Shown here one piece after another: positions 17,786 to 28,633 of a stretch of DNA of 64,000 bases (the first letter of the stretch is position 1; each line of letters starts with the position of its first letter). Made by a program: the position numbers and the translations under genes. Under the pieces are notes generated by a model. That model searched no databases and had not been told where the DNA came from. It saw nothing but the letters and a program-made list of their open reading frames with translations. Source of the stretch: a virus (lineage: Duplodnaviria > Caudoviricetes); IMG/VR virus record IMGVR_UViG_3300021093_000004. One strand, 5' to 3'.

Positions 17786-18256
17786 ATGTACGATGATAAT
17801 GGAATGGACGACGACGCTCCGACCAATGATTCAGAATCGACAGAGGAGTCAGAATCGACAGAGAAGTCAGAATCGACAGAGAAGTCAGAACCGGCAGAGC
17901 CGAAAGAAAAGCACTGCGATTACATGGTGGGTTCCGGGTTCGATGCGTACCCAAAGATTTATCGCATCGCGTTTCGAGTATATGGTGTCGATTCCGCAGG
18001 CGTCAAGCATGTTGTAGTTGAGGTTGATCGGGCTTACATGGTTGGCGTTGATGTTGAGGATATTGTCGCTCAACTCAAATCAGATCACCTCAACACCGAA
18101 TTCAATGATCATGATGGTGAAGGGATGTACCATATTATTGGGCAACAAGTCGTCGTACATTCTGTGCGATACATGGGGATCTTAAACCATATGACGAGCA
18201 AGGCCAAGAAGATGTTCGAGATCCCAGACGACGAATTGGACGATCTAGAATCCTAA
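17786..18256 (+). CDS. Hypothetical protein with 18-bp (SESTEK) repeats
   Basis: ORF with acidic, repeated N-terminus. Confidence 0.55.
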   Translation: MYDDNGMDDDAPTNDSESTEESESTEKSESTEKSEPAEPKEKHCDYMVGSGFDAYPKIYRIAFRVYGVDSAGVKHVVVEVDRAYMVGVDVEDIVAQLKSDHLNTEFNDHDGEGMYHIIGQQVVVHSVRYMGILNHMTSKAKKMFEIPDDELDDLES

Positions 18257-18458
18257 GCCGATTTCGTAGGTTGGTTTAGATATATAGGTTTTGAGGCGGC
18301 GAATACCGCAGCAATGCGTTTGTAATAGATCGACAATGTGTGCTACATTGTCAACAACTCGGACATGTCTGGGTGAAAGGTCTCAAATTATCGACCGAAT
18401 GATGTGATAGTCAAGGGTTTGGGGCACGTAAAGCGTGCTGCAAACCATATATAGACCC

Positions 18459-19172
18459 ATGAAAATCGCGGTCTGTACATTATTTCGAAATTGTGTAAAT
18501 GATGTGCTCCATGCCTTTCGCCAACGCGGGGCTTGGAAGCAACAATTGGGCAATAAATATGACATAGTTCATGTGTGTCTCGAAGGCGACAGTACCGACG
18601 CGACCTACGAAACTTTAGAGCAATATCAAAAAAATTTCAATATTGTTTTAATCAAAAAAGACACTGGCAAACCCCATTATCCTAGCCATGCTATCACAGA
18701 TCGCTTAATAACACTTGGGCAATTATCGAATATCGCCTTAGAACGAGCGATGGAAGAAAATCCATCATATATTTTATGGCTTGATTCTGATGTTACTCTA
18801 CCAAAAGATTATATTCCACGATTACTTGCTCATAATAAAGATGTCGTCGCTCCGATGTTCTTCTTTGAAAAGAGCTGTTATTTTCGCGACACATGGGGAT
18901 ACCGAGTAGGCGAAACATTATTCACAAATCGATATCCATATTGCAAGACGTATCGCAATAATGAATTATTTGAAGTCGATAGTGTCGGACTGCCGTTGAT
19001 CAACGCGAATGTGATTAAGGCCGGAGCACGATTTGGTAATGAAGAAATCGTAGACCTGTGCCGCTCAATAAGAGGACTTGGATTCAAGATTTTCGTTGAT
19101 CCGTTGGTGGAAGCAACCCACCCACGACATGGTACAATTGTTCCGACAAACCACGAGAGACATGAGAGATAA
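18459..19172 (+). CDS. GT-A fold glycosyltransferase (Anp1/GT2-like)
   Basis: EGDSTDATY, YILWLDSD (DxD), FEVDSVG, IFVDP. Confidence 0.75.
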   Translation: MKIAVCTLFRNCVNDVLHAFRQRGAWKQQLGNKYDIVHVCLEGDSTDATYETLEQYQKNFNIVLIKKDTGKPHYPSHAITDRLITLGQLSNIALERAMEENPSYILWLDSDVTLPKDYIPRLLAHNKDVVAPMFFFEKSCYFRDTWGYRVGETLFTNRYPYCKTYRNNELFEVDSVGLPLINANVIKAGARFGNEEIVDLCRSIRGLGFKIFVDPLVEATHPRHGTIVPTNHERHER

Positions 19173-19174
19173 TC

Positions 19175-19564
19175 ATGGTCGAGAATCTAATGCACGACGG
19201 AGTCTTTTTTGGATACATCTATACTGGAAACGTGCCGGACCAGACCACATTTATCACACCAAATGAATGTCAGCAACAATCTGGATATATCGTCTATCCG
19301 AAGGGTTCGGAGATACAAAAACACTATCACAACCCAGTAGAACGCCACTTACACACGACTACCGAGGTACTGTTAGTTCTCAAAGGTTCGTGCTTCGTTG
19401 ATTTTTATCAAGATCAAGAATTTGTATTCAGCCGTCAGTTGCATGCTGGAAATGTACTTATCATAGTAAATGGCGGCCATGGATTCCGCGTAACTGATGA
19501 TTTGGTCCTGTTCGAGGTCAAACAAGGACCATATACCGGGCTTCAAGAGAAGGTTCGATTTTAA
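19175..19564 (+). CDS. Cupin-fold sugar isomerase-like protein
   Basis: HYHNPVER..TTEVLLVLKG, GGHGF, EVKQGPY. Confidence 0.75.
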   Translation: MVENLMHDGVFFGYIYTGNVPDQTTFITPNECQQQSGYIVYPKGSEIQKHYHNPVERHLHTTTEVLLVLKGSCFVDFYQDQEFVFSRQLHAGNVLIIVNGGHGFRVTDDLVLFEVKQGPYTGLQEKVRF

Positions 19565-20667
19565 TGATTCCAGTTAATACACCAGTGATTGGGCATCCTG
19601 AGAAAGAATATGTCGCTCAATGCATGGAAAGCGGCTGGATATCATCGGTGGGCCGCTTCGTTCCAGAATTTGAAAAATCATGGGCCAATTATTGTGGGTG
19701 TGAACATGGTATTGCCGTAACCAATGGTACCCATGCTTTAGAACTTGCTATAGCCGCCCTTCAATTGCCCAAAGGCAGTGAAATAATCATTCCGAGCCTC
19801 ACCATCATTTCGTGTGCACTTGCCGCAATTAGAAATGGACTGAAACCGGTTCTCGTAGATGCTCATCCATATACGTGGTGCATAGACACCGACGCCATCG
19901 AAGCCGCGATTACGCCCAACACATCAGCTATTATGGTTGTGCATATTTATGGCTACCCTGTCGATATGGACAGTATTCTCACGTTGGCCGCAAAGCACAA
20001 TCTAAAAATCATCGAAGATGCCGCCGAAGCCCATGGTGCGGAATGCTTGGTGCGGCAAGAAAAAACGTGGAAACGTTGCGGGAGCATAGGGCATGTCGGA
20101 TGTTTTAGTTTTTATGGCAATAAAATAATAACCACTGGCGAAGGTGGTATGGTGATCACCAATGACAAGACATTGGCTGATCGCATGCGGTCAATTCGAA
20201 ATCTGTGTTTTGGCGAAGGTGAGAATCGATTTACGCATGTAGGAATTGGTAATAATTTCAGAATGACGAATATTCAAGCCGCGATAGGGCTTGGGCAAGT
20301 ATCTCGTATTTCTGACATATTGCGACAGAAACAATTCGTCGGCACATTTTACCGCCAACAACTTAAGGATCTTGGGGTATACCAATTGCCCCCAGAGTCG
20401 CCAGACGCGATCAATGTCTATTGGATGTTTGGGCTGATTAGCTGTGATCCACAGCGTCCGGCGTCGTACTTCATCAAGCAATTACGAGATCGCGGGGTTG
20501 AATCTCGCCCATTTTTCACCGGATTACATCGTCAACCGATAGGCGTTGGTGGTGAGTTTCCAGTCTGCGATAAATTGTCGAAGCAAGGCTTTTATATCCC
20601 ATCCGGTGTTGGATTAACGATTTCTGAACTTGTTTCCGTGTGCTCAGCGTTGAGGGAACTCGCATGA
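19564..20667 (+). CDS. DegT/DnrJ/EryC1/StrS aminotransferase, perosamine synthetase-like
   Basis: GWISSVG, NGTHALELA, IEDAAEAHG, FSFYGNKIITTGEGG, NFRMTNIQAA. Confidence 0.92.
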   Translation: MIPVNTPVIGHPEKEYVAQCMESGWISSVGRFVPEFEKSWANYCGCEHGIAVTNGTHALELAIAALQLPKGSEIIIPSLTIISCALAAIRNGLKPVLVDAHPYTWCIDTDAIEAAITPNTSAIMVVHIYGYPVDMDSILTLAAKHNLKIIEDAAEAHGAECLVRQEKTWKRCGSIGHVGCFSFYGNKIITTGEGGMVITNDKTLADRMRSIRNLCFGEGENRFTHVGIGNNFRMTNIQAAIGLGQVSRISDILRQKQFVGTFYRQQLKDLGVYQLPPESPDAINVYWMFGLISCDPQRPASYFIKQLRDRGVESRPFFTGLHRQPIGVGGEFPVCDKLSKQGFYIPSGVGLTISELVSVCSALRELA

Positions 20668-21407
20668 TTTTCGGTCGCAACTATGCTGATTTGTATGACT
20701 TGCTTTACACGGATAAACCGTATGAACAGGAAGTAGAAACTATAGATGCACTTATTTCTAAATATTTGGCAGACCCAGCCGCTGTTGAAATTTTAGATGC
20801 TGGTTGTGGTACTGGTAATCATAGTGTATTTCTGTCGAACAACAGCAGATATTCGGTGGTCGGATTGGATAGATCCGCAGGAATGCTTGATAACGCTAAG
20901 AAGAAAATTCCGGGCATGCGGTTCGTAGAAGGAGATATCGCAGACTTTGATTTACACGAGACCTTCGATGTAATGTTGACGATGGCGGCGGTCTTGGGGT
21001 ATCAAAACAGCAACGAAGGAATAATGAATGCGTTCCGATGTGCTCGGAAGCATGTAAGACCCGGTGGATTGTATCTGTTCGACGTTTGGTATGGCCCGAC
21101 TGTCTTGCAGACCGGAGTCGGAGAACGCATTAAACGAATTGAGGGTGATGGCGTAAAATTTTTGCGGCTATCAAAAGGCACATTACATCAGAATGAGAAT
21201 GTGTGCCATGTTCGATACCAGATTTGGGACAATCATGGCAATGAATTTGTGGAAGACCATTATATGCGATTCTTCTTCCCAATGGAGATTACTCACATGT
21301 TGAAGTTAAGTGGTTTCCATGTTCTGAAGATTGGGCAATGTCCGAATATATTTGAAGAACCCGATTTTGATTCTTGGCATATGATGATCGCTGCACGAGC
21401 GGCTTGA
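20664..21407 (+). CDS. Class I methyltransferase, sugar methyltransferase-like
   Basis: YADLYDLLY.DKPY, ILDAGCGTGNH, PGGLYLFD, HYMRFFFP. Confidence 0.8.
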   Translation: MIFGRNYADLYDLLYTDKPYEQEVETIDALISKYLADPAAVEILDAGCGTGNHSVFLSNNSRYSVVGLDRSAGMLDNAKKKIPGMRFVEGDIADFDLHETFDVMLTMAAVLGYQNSNEGIMNAFRCARKHVRPGGLYLFDVWYGPTVLQTGVGERIKRIEGDGVKFLRLSKGTLHQNENVCHVRYQIWDNHGNEFVEDHYMRFFFPMEITHMLKLSGFHVLKIGQCPNIFEEPDFDSWHMMIAARAA

Positions 21408-21419
21408 CAAATATATCGT

Positions 21420-21962
21420 ATGCGAACTTTATACGACGACACATTTGCTAATCTCAACATTGTGACCGAACAGGAACTAGCTCAGTTCACTGTGACGGGG
21501 CAAAATGTTGCATTGATTGTCATGGTCAATGTTGACAACATATCCACGTCTGGCGGGGAATATGCGGCGAAGCTGCGAATTGACAATCGTTTGGTCGTTC
21601 CGGATCGAAAAGTATTAGTCGAGGCCGGACAGTCTGCGGTATCGTTCCAAAGCCGCGATATTGTACTTTATGAAAATGGGGTTCTTAAGATCAGTCTTCA
21701 GGGAATGCCCAGCGATACCAATGTCAATGGTCGATTGCTAGTAATTGATACTAGCCCGGTTACAGTTCAAGAGGATGTCGAAGAAGCGATTAGCAAGCTC
21801 AATGTGACGGTGAAGCCAGAAACGAAAGTTTTGGGTGTATGCAAGCGTTCTGTGGTTGCGATGCCTAAGATCAAACGCAGCGCGGCAGCACAGGCAAAGT
21901 TAAGTGCCGGGGGCGGGTCAATTGGCAGCACAATGTCTAAAGAGCCACGTGGTGCATTTTGA
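21420..21962 (+). CDS. Hypothetical beta-rich protein
   Basis: ORF between the sugar cluster and the fibre genes. Confidence 0.5.
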   Translation: MRTLYDDTFANLNIVTEQELAQFTVTGQNVALIVMVNVDNISTSGGEYAAKLRIDNRLVVPDRKVLVEAGQSAVSFQSRDIVLYENGVLKISLQGMPSDTNVNGRLLVIDTSPVTVQEDVEEAISKLNVTVKPETKVLGVCKRSVVAMPKIKRSAAAQAKLSAGGGSIGSTMSKEPRGAF

Positions 21963-22117
21963 GATGCCTGGGATTCACTGGCCAATCGTGGATGGCATGT
22001 TTGCTCTCTCCATTGCGATCATAATTAACGCGATGACAGAATTCTACGCAGTGATTGCTTGGGCATGTGGACTGATCATCAACAGCGTGCACAAATCGTG
22101 CAGTCGGGATATTAAAT

Positions 22118-23650
22118 ATGGCAATCACAGCATTTCCCTTTAGCGCGGTCCTCGACGTGTCGGCAAACACGCTGCTTGGGAACAATACGGGCAGTGCTGC
22201 AGCAGCTATCGCACTGACGGCAACGCAGGTGCGGACGCTGCTGAGTGTCTACACGTCGGCACAGGTGGATACATTGCTAGCGGCATATCAACCGCTTGAC
22301 AGCGATCTGACGGCAATCGCAGCCCTGACGACTACCGCATTTGGCCGATCACTACTGACGCTAGCAGACGGGCCGGCGACTCGAACAGCAATTGGTGCAG
22401 GCACATCGTCGTTTAGCGGAGCTTACGGGGATTTGAGCGGGGTTCCTGCGACGTTCACGCCGTCGAGCCACACGCACGGCAACATCACAAATGCAGGAGC
22501 AATTGGCGCAACAGCAAGCCTGCCAATCATTACCGGGGCGTCTGGTGTTTTAACGGCGGGGGCATTCGGCACAACGTCCGGCACATTCTGTCAGGGCAAC
22601 GACAGCAGGCTATCGGATTCACGCACGCCGACAGCACACAAAACAAATCACGAAACAGGCGGCAGCGATGCACTGACCGCAGCCGACATCGGAGCAGCAG
22701 CCACAAGTCACACGCACGCAGCATCAGACATTACCAGCGGCACGATTGCTACGCCGAGACTCGCTAGTGGCACGGCTGACGCGACGACGTTTTTGCGTGG
22801 TGATCAGACGTGGGCAGTGCCAAGTGGTGGCGGCGGCGGTATTACAAGCTTGAATTCGCTGACGACCGCGACGCAAACATTTGCGGTCGGCACGACGGGT
22901 ACCAATGTTGCGTTTTCGTCGGCGTCTGGAGTTCACACCCTGAACATTCCCGACGCATCGGCATCCGCAAGAGGAGTCATTACTACAGGCACGCAGACTC
23001 TTGCAGGCCGAAAAACACTGAGCGAGGTGCATGTTGTTGGTTCGAGCAATCTCACGCAAATCGACATCACACCGGCAAGCGGGCAATCGGTCAATCAGCA
23101 AATTTGGCGCACAAGTGCCGGTGTGTCTGTCGGTGTCATTGATTCGGCGGGTCGTCCTGTATTTGGGAGCGGCAGTTGGACACTGAACAGTGCGTTCCAT
23201 GCTGTCGCGTGGTCTGGTGCTACAATTGGTTGGGCATCAGCTGCGGTGACCGGAACATCAACACATGACACTGGGCTGGTGCGTGATGGCGGTGCAGGGC
23301 TGGTCGGTCTGCGAGCGTCTACAACAGCACATACCTTGCGTGTCTATAATACCTACACCAGTGCTACCAGCCATGAGCGGCTGAACATTGCGTGGGCATC
23401 CAACATCTGCACCATTGAGACTGACAAAGGCTCTGCAGGCGGCACGCTGCGAGGTCTACGCATCGGCGGGTCTGCGTCAGCATTGGTCGGTATGTATGGT
23501 GCGACACCGATTGAGCAACCGACGACAGCGGTGGACTCGGCCAGCCATGAGCTATTTGCTGGCAACGCGCTCAGCGATGCTGACACTTTCGACGGCTACA
23601 CAATCGCGCAAGTGGTCAAAGCCCTGCGCAACATTGGAGTTCTTGCATAA
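22118..23650 (+). CDS. Tail fibre/spike-like protein
   Basis: A/T/G/S-rich; YQPLDSDLTAIAAL, HTHGNIT, HTHAASDI and TFLRGDQTW fibre-type motifs. Confidence 0.72.
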   Translation: MAITAFPFSAVLDVSANTLLGNNTGSAAAAIALTATQVRTLLSVYTSAQVDTLLAAYQPLDSDLTAIAALTTTAFGRSLLTLADGPATRTAIGAGTSSFSGAYGDLSGVPATFTPSSHTHGNITNAGAIGATASLPIITGASGVLTAGAFGTTSGTFCQGNDSRLSDSRTPTAHKTNHETGGSDALTAADIGAAATSHTHAASDITSGTIATPRLASGTADATTFLRGDQTWAVPSGGGGGITSLNSLTTATQTFAVGTTGTNVAFSSASGVHTLNIPDASASARGVITTGTQTLAGRKTLSEVHVVGSSNLTQIDITPASGQSVNQQIWRTSAGVSVGVIDSAGRPVFGSGSWTLNSAFHAVAWSGATIGWASAAVTGTSTHDTGLVRDGGAGLVGLRASTTAHTLRVYNTYTSATSHERLNIAWASNICTIETDKGSAGGTLRGLRIGGSASALVGMYGATPIEQPTTAVDSASHELFAGNALSDADTFDGYTIAQVVKALRNIGVLA

Positions 23651-24027
23651 TGCCATTACCAGTACCAGCAATACCAAAAAACAGAGCGGCAGAGTATGCC
23701 GAAAACATCATTATCCGAGCCAATCAGGCTGAGGAAAATGTTATTAACGAATTCATTGCCGCGTATCAGCACACTTGGGGCGTGAATCAACTCGGTGGCG
23801 GCAGCATTCATACTTGCCAGCAAATGCAAGACATCATCGATGCAATGCCACCGACTACAGTGTTACTGTTGCTCGGTATGGGTCGGCAATTTGTATCAAC
23901 ATACGGCACAGTTTTGCCCGTCGAATATCAAAAAGCAGCTTGGTCGTATGAAATGGGTCAAGACGACAGAATCGTGATCGGTGAACTACTGCCATTATGG
24001 CAATCGGCATCAACAGAGGCGACGTAA
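23650..24027 (+). CDS. Hypothetical protein, possible fibre chaperone
   Basis: Translationally coupled to the fibre gene. Confidence 0.45.
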   Translation: MPLPVPAIPKNRAAEYAENIIIRANQAEENVINEFIAAYQHTWGVNQLGGGSIHTCQQMQDIIDAMPPTTVLLLLGMGRQFVSTYGTVLPVEYQKAAWSYEMGQDDRIVIGELLPLWQSASTEAT

Positions 24028-24030
24028 TCA

Positions 24031-25407
24031 ATGGCAACGCAGACAATCGAATTTGCAGCCCCATCCGGCCAGACAATCACAGCAAAACTATTCGCTGCGG
24101 GGTCTGATACGATTGAGGCAACAGCAGGCAGCGTCACAGCCAGAACAAATGCCACGGGCGTGTACGTCGCAACGGTGACGAGCACACTCGCAGGCGTGTA
24201 TCGATTAGTCGCTACAAACCCAGCCGGAACGCTGCTCGCTCAGTGGTGGGTCAGATTAGCGAATGCCGATGGCACTTACATCGCATATGAAACCCCAAAC
24301 GCTGACTATCTTGATGCAACAGTGAGCAGCAGGCTCGCAACCTCGGGCTATACAACACCACCGACAGCGGCAACGAATGCAACGGCAGTCAGAACGGAAT
24401 TGGCAACCGAATTAGGTCGCATCGACGTAGCAGTCTCAACGCGATCAACATTTGCCGGTGGTGCTGTAGCGTCGGTGACTGCAGGCGTCACAGTAAGCAC
24501 AAACAACGACAAAACCGGCTACGCACTGATTGCAGTAACCGGACTCGGTAATCAGACGGCAAACATCACAGGCAACGTGAGCGGCTCCGTGGGCAGCGTG
24601 ACGGGGGCCGTAGGAAGCGTGACGGGGGCTGTAGGCAGCGTGACAAACAGAGTCACGGCAAATACGGATCAATGGAACGGCGTGACTGTAACAGGAATGC
24701 CGATGCCCACCTATGTGCAGCCGACTGGTTTTCTTGCGGCGACATTTCCCGCAACGGTCAGCAGTTTTGCTGGCGGTGCTGTAGCAAGCGTGACAGGCAA
24801 TGTCGGCGGCAACGTCGTCGGGTCGGTTGGCAGCATTTCCGGAGTGACGTTCCCGAGCAACTTTGCAGCCCTTGGCATCAATGCTAGTGGTCACGTTTCG
24901 CGTGTTGTGCTGGTCGATACAACGACGGCAAACAGTGATATGAGAGGTACTGACGATGCACTGCTGGCAGCGAGCTACACGGCACCACTGAACACGGCAG
25001 GGACAGCGGCAGCGGTCTGGAACTCACTGCTAACGACTTACACGACTGCGGGCAGTTTCGGGGCAAGGGTGGTCAGGTCAACGGACAGCAACAGCAGCCT
25101 GCAGATCACTGGCAGCAATCATGCGGCGGCGGTGCTGCATGATGCCGAGCCGGACAGTATACCGGCGGACGCACTGGCGGCGGCAACTATCACGGCGATT
25201 CAAGCTGGGCTGGCGACGACGGCGAATCAGACGATCATCATTGACCGTGTGACGTTTGCTCTGACGGCACTGGTGGGGGCCTGCAGTGATGCACAGACGG
25301 CGGAGGAAACTTACACCCTGACGATCGGGGGAAGTACGTTCACGGTTGATTACAGCGGGCTGGATTCGAGCGGCAATCGCAGCACAACGACATTGAGCAA
25401 GGCGTGA
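24031..25407 (+). CDS. A/T/G/V-rich virion structural or fibre-like protein
   Basis: GSVTGAV repeats; YLDATVSSRL and TELGRIDVAVSTR segments. Confidence 0.6.
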   Translation: MATQTIEFAAPSGQTITAKLFAAGSDTIEATAGSVTARTNATGVYVATVTSTLAGVYRLVATNPAGTLLAQWWVRLANADGTYIAYETPNADYLDATVSSRLATSGYTTPPTAATNATAVRTELATELGRIDVAVSTRSTFAGGAVASVTAGVTVSTNNDKTGYALIAVTGLGNQTANITGNVSGSVGSVTGAVGSVTGAVGSVTNRVTANTDQWNGVTVTGMPMPTYVQPTGFLAATFPATVSSFAGGAVASVTGNVGGNVVGSVGSISGVTFPSNFAALGINASGHVSRVVLVDTTTANSDMRGTDDALLAASYTAPLNTAGTAAAVWNSLLTTYTTAGSFGARVVRSTDSNSSLQITGSNHAAAVLHDAEPDSIPADALAAATITAIQAGLATTANQTIIIDRVTFALTALVGACSDAQTAEETYTLTIGGSTFTVDYSGLDSSGNRSTTTLSKA

Positions 25408-25884
25408 GCATGAGCAGCGGTAGATTCAGTATGCGTGGTTATGCTAGCCAAGGTAGGCGAGCTGTGGGAAGGGCGTTGGCAAACGGCGAAACCGCGTCAG
25501 TGGTTGGGGGTGACATGTTTGACGCGGCGATTTGGGAATCGTCTTTCTGATGAATCTTGGCTAATTTCGCTGAGTCGGGCTGCATTATGATGATCGAGTC
25601 AGATCCTCTTCAAGCCCAGTTAATTCACCAAATTGGTCGCAAGGCCGTCCTACAACGATAAATAAGTTAATGGCCAAGTTTGAAATGTTGCGTGAAGATT
25701 GGGTTGTTTTTATCGTCAACCAAAAGCATGGTTTATAGATTACGCCTGTCGATGGCTTCAGAATTGTGTCCATCACGTTGACGTAACTGAATACCATCTT
25801 TGGATATGGCTACCCAAAATAACTTGTCTGTGTAAGTTTTATTACTTGCTACATAGTCCATAACCATATTCCAAGAGGATCACA

Positions 25885-26286
25885 ATGTCGAATTATCTAC
25901 ACACACTGATCGGCGGATTTTCAAATGATAAGCGGCGTGAAGTGCGAAAGCTTTTTGCGAGTGCCACGACGCAACCGACACCAACCGCAATCGTGTCAGT
26001 ACGTGAAACCAATATCGCAATAGCCGTAGGAATTTTGTTTGAATTCAGACAAATTGGGATAAGGAAATTTACTACTCAACAAGCCGCTAGGGTTATTGAG
26101 ATTTTCGGATTGAACTCACATTTCGATGGGCACGAAATATTGACAGAACTTGATGGTCTGTTTAGTGGCCCGAAAATCAGATTATACTCGATTGTTGAAT
26201 CTTCAAATCGGGTATACGATGTCCCAGAAGACACCCGGTTACAACATTTATCACAGCAATTCCATCCACAAGAGAAATCGGCATGA
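25885..26286 (+). CDS. Hypothetical protein
   Basis: 133-codon ORF. Confidence 0.45.
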   Translation: MSNYLHTLIGGFSNDKRREVRKLFASATTQPTPTAIVSVRETNIAIAVGILFEFRQIGIRKFTTQQAARVIEIFGLNSHFDGHEILTELDGLFSGPKIRLYSIVESSNRVYDVPEDTRLQHLSQQFHPQEKSA

Positions 26287-26442
26287 CTCCATTTGCTGAA
26301 AGCGAAACAGCGGTCGTATTTTGATGTCGTCCTCATTAGGAGATCCAACCGGTGGCATCGAAAATATCGGAACGCGAACGCGGTGAGTTGAATGTGGGGC
26401 GTAAAAGCACATTAGTCCCACTTACTTTCAATCGATCTCTTG

Positions 26443-26553
26443 GTTATGTCCTGTCATCGGAATGTTGACACGTGTGTGGGGAGAACAACTATAGGTCGTG
26501 CTGGTCAGAAATTCAGACCACATTTGGCAAAGCGTCCAGATAAAACTAACTAA
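26443..26553 (+). pseudogene. Possible decayed GIY-YIG endonuclease remnant
   Basis: Frame reads RNVDTCVGRTTIGRAGQKFRPHL, resembling YVGxT...RF..H; GYVL lies just upstream in another frame. Confidence 0.3.
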
Positions 26554-26897
26554 AAGGACTATTATCGAAGCATTCAAATCTGCCCCCGGTCGTCAAAAAT
26601 ATTGACGTTTGTATGAACACCACGGAGTTTGATAATGGAGAAGGCCGACTGTCCTCAGCGGTTCACAGTGTTAAGGTGATATTAACTGCTGACTTGAGAC
26701 GGTGGAGCTTGATAGAAATGGAGTGATAAATTAGTTGGGGTCCGTTTTTTACAGTAGAGACAGAAGGTAATTGGTTTCGATCTTGATATTCCCTACTAGG
26801 ACCTAGGTGTTAGATGTTTTGTTTAACCTTAGAAGGTCGTCTTGGTTTTTTTAGCTTATAGACCATCAAAAGTTTTACGTGTGACAAAGGAGCACAA

Positions 26898-27314
26898 ATG
26901 AATCGTAATCAAATCGTAATTTTAATTTCTGCTGTAGGTATGGCTGGTTTTACCGCGTTGACGGTAGCCGCATATCAGTCGCCGCTGGCCTATGGTACCA
27001 GTGAATCAGCGGCTCAAGTAGGCAACGGTGTTGGCATTGTCGGCCTGCTGACTTCGATCGGTGGCATGATTTGGTCCGTCGTCAATGGCGGGTCGCTGTC
27101 GTCGCTCGTCAAAGACGGTGGCACGATTACCAATTCTATCGACCTGCTGAGGCCAATCCTCGACGGAAAAGCGAACGTGACCGACTCATTGATTCGTGTA
27201 GCGTTGTTGACGCTGGAGATTGACCGCAGTGTCAAGGGTGACGCCGAGGGACTGAAACAGGTTCACAGTTTGTCTTCTCGAATTTTGCTAAAATCAGCGG
27301 AGCCGAAGACATAA
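26898..27314 (+). CDS. Two-TM membrane protein (holin-like, inferred)
   Basis: Two hydrophobic segments; AGGAG RBS upstream. Confidence 0.45.
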   Translation: MNRNQIVILISAVGMAGFTALTVAAYQSPLAYGTSESAAQVGNGVGIVGLLTSIGGMIWSVVNGGSLSSLVKDGGTITNSIDLLRPILDGKANVTDSLIRVALLTLEIDRSVKGDAEGLKQVHSLSSRILLKSAEPKT

Positions 27315-27404
27315 TTGGTGATGTTGTCGTTGGTGTGCTTGCGTGGTAGCTGATTGGTTTGGTCTCGCTCTTTTGCGGACTGAGGCAGCACTGATAATCG
27401 TTAG

Positions 27405-27821
27405 TTGGTCGTCGAGATTACTGGGAGTTTTAAGGTGAACCAACCACAAATCAAACGCGGCATTGATTGCCGCCTTCTATTGTTAGTGTGTGCGCTGCTG
27501 ATCACCGGCTGCGTGGCTGATGTTGCCGAACCAAAGAAACCGTCTCCGAGAGCAAACACGCTGGAGCAAATTGCGTTCGAGTCGTTCCAGAAACGTGACG
27601 TGCTTCGAGCGGCGAAATTGCGAGCACTCAAAGGCACGAAGTACGACGGCAAACGAATACAAGCCATCGAGCAGGCCGGTGCGGAAGCGAGCACTGAAAG
27701 CTGGAAACGTGTTGCTGACGCTCTAGCAAAACGACTTGACGAGTTGCCGCAGGACGACCAAGCGGCGTTTGACGCGGTGATTGAGGAGTTGGCAAAGGCG
27801 GCGGAAAGGGCAGGAAAATGA
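27405..27821 (+). CDS. Predicted lipoprotein
   Basis: LLLLVCALLITGC lipobox-like signal; helical body. Confidence 0.55.
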   Translation: MVVEITGSFKVNQPQIKRGIDCRLLLLVCALLITGCVADVAEPKKPSPRANTLEQIAFESFQKRDVLRAAKLRALKGTKYDGKRIQAIEQAGAEASTESWKRVADALAKRLDELPQDDQAAFDAVIEELAKAAERAGK

Positions 27822-28633
27822 GTGACGGACTCGGCCTCATCATTGACGAACAGCACGAACAAACGATTCACGATTTAGCTAAGGTGCCAGTGTCGTTTGG
27901 TGCAGGCGAAGACGTCACACCATGCTGGGTGCCACCTTTGATCGTCGAGTCTCAAGGAAGAACAAATTCATGCGCGGGTCATTCGATTGCGACCGCAGCG
28001 TCACACGCCAATTATGTGGCAACTGGCGAGGTGATTCGATTTAGTCGCCGATTTGGTTATATTACCAGTCAGTCATGCGGTAACTTCCTCGGTCGCGACG
28101 GCGGCACGTCTATTACGAGTACATTGATTGCCGCCACAAAATTTGGATCGTGTCTGGAATCAACGTGTCCATTTTTAGAGCGATACAGCACACGGTTGCC
28201 TCAAGCAGCGTACACCGAGGCAGCAAATCATAAGCATCATGGAGAAGTTCGCTACGACTGCCGTGATTGGGATACGGCAATCAACTGGTTGACAGACCAT
28301 CGGTGTATAGTTATCGGCACGAAATGGACAAGCGGCCAAGATGGTTGTACCGGTTGTGAATCGAAGCGGGTCGGTACAAGTGGATCGTTTCGTGGTTATC
28401 ATGCACGGCTGATCGTGGGCTGGGACACGTTCGATGATCTACTTTGTCCAGTGGTGCAAAACAGTCATGGCACACAATGGGGCAAACACGGACGAGCGAT
28501 AATAACTCGCGACCTGTGGGATGAGGTATGGAAAAAGGACGCGAATTTTTTTGCGCTCGGATTCAGTCGCATTGACGAGGTAGAGCCACAACGTAAATCA
28601 TGGTCGGAGTCGAAAGCAGGTGACACATGCTAG
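27818..28633 (+). CDS. Papain-like (C1A) cysteine peptidase
   Basis: QGRTNSCAGH (Q..C), YHARLIVGW (H), QNSHGTQWG (N). Confidence 0.85.
   Translation: MSDGLGLIIDEQHEQTIHDLAKVPVSFGAGEDVTPCWVPPLIVESQGRTNSCAGHSIATAASHANYVATGEVIRFSRRFGYITSQSCGNFLGRDGGTSITSTLIAATKFGSCLESTCPFLERYSTRLPQAAYTEAANHKHHGEVRYDCRDWDTAINWLTDHRCIVIGTKWTSGQDGCTGCESKRVGTSGSFRGYHARLIVGWDTFDDLLCPVVQNSHGTQWGKHGRAIITRDLWDEVWKKDANFFALGFSRIDEVEPQRKSWSESKAGDTC

Noticed and set aside
26290-26890. Group I intron or large ncRNA in the 600-nt gap
   Set aside because: No P7-type motifs or strong stems found; better explained as a decayed ORF
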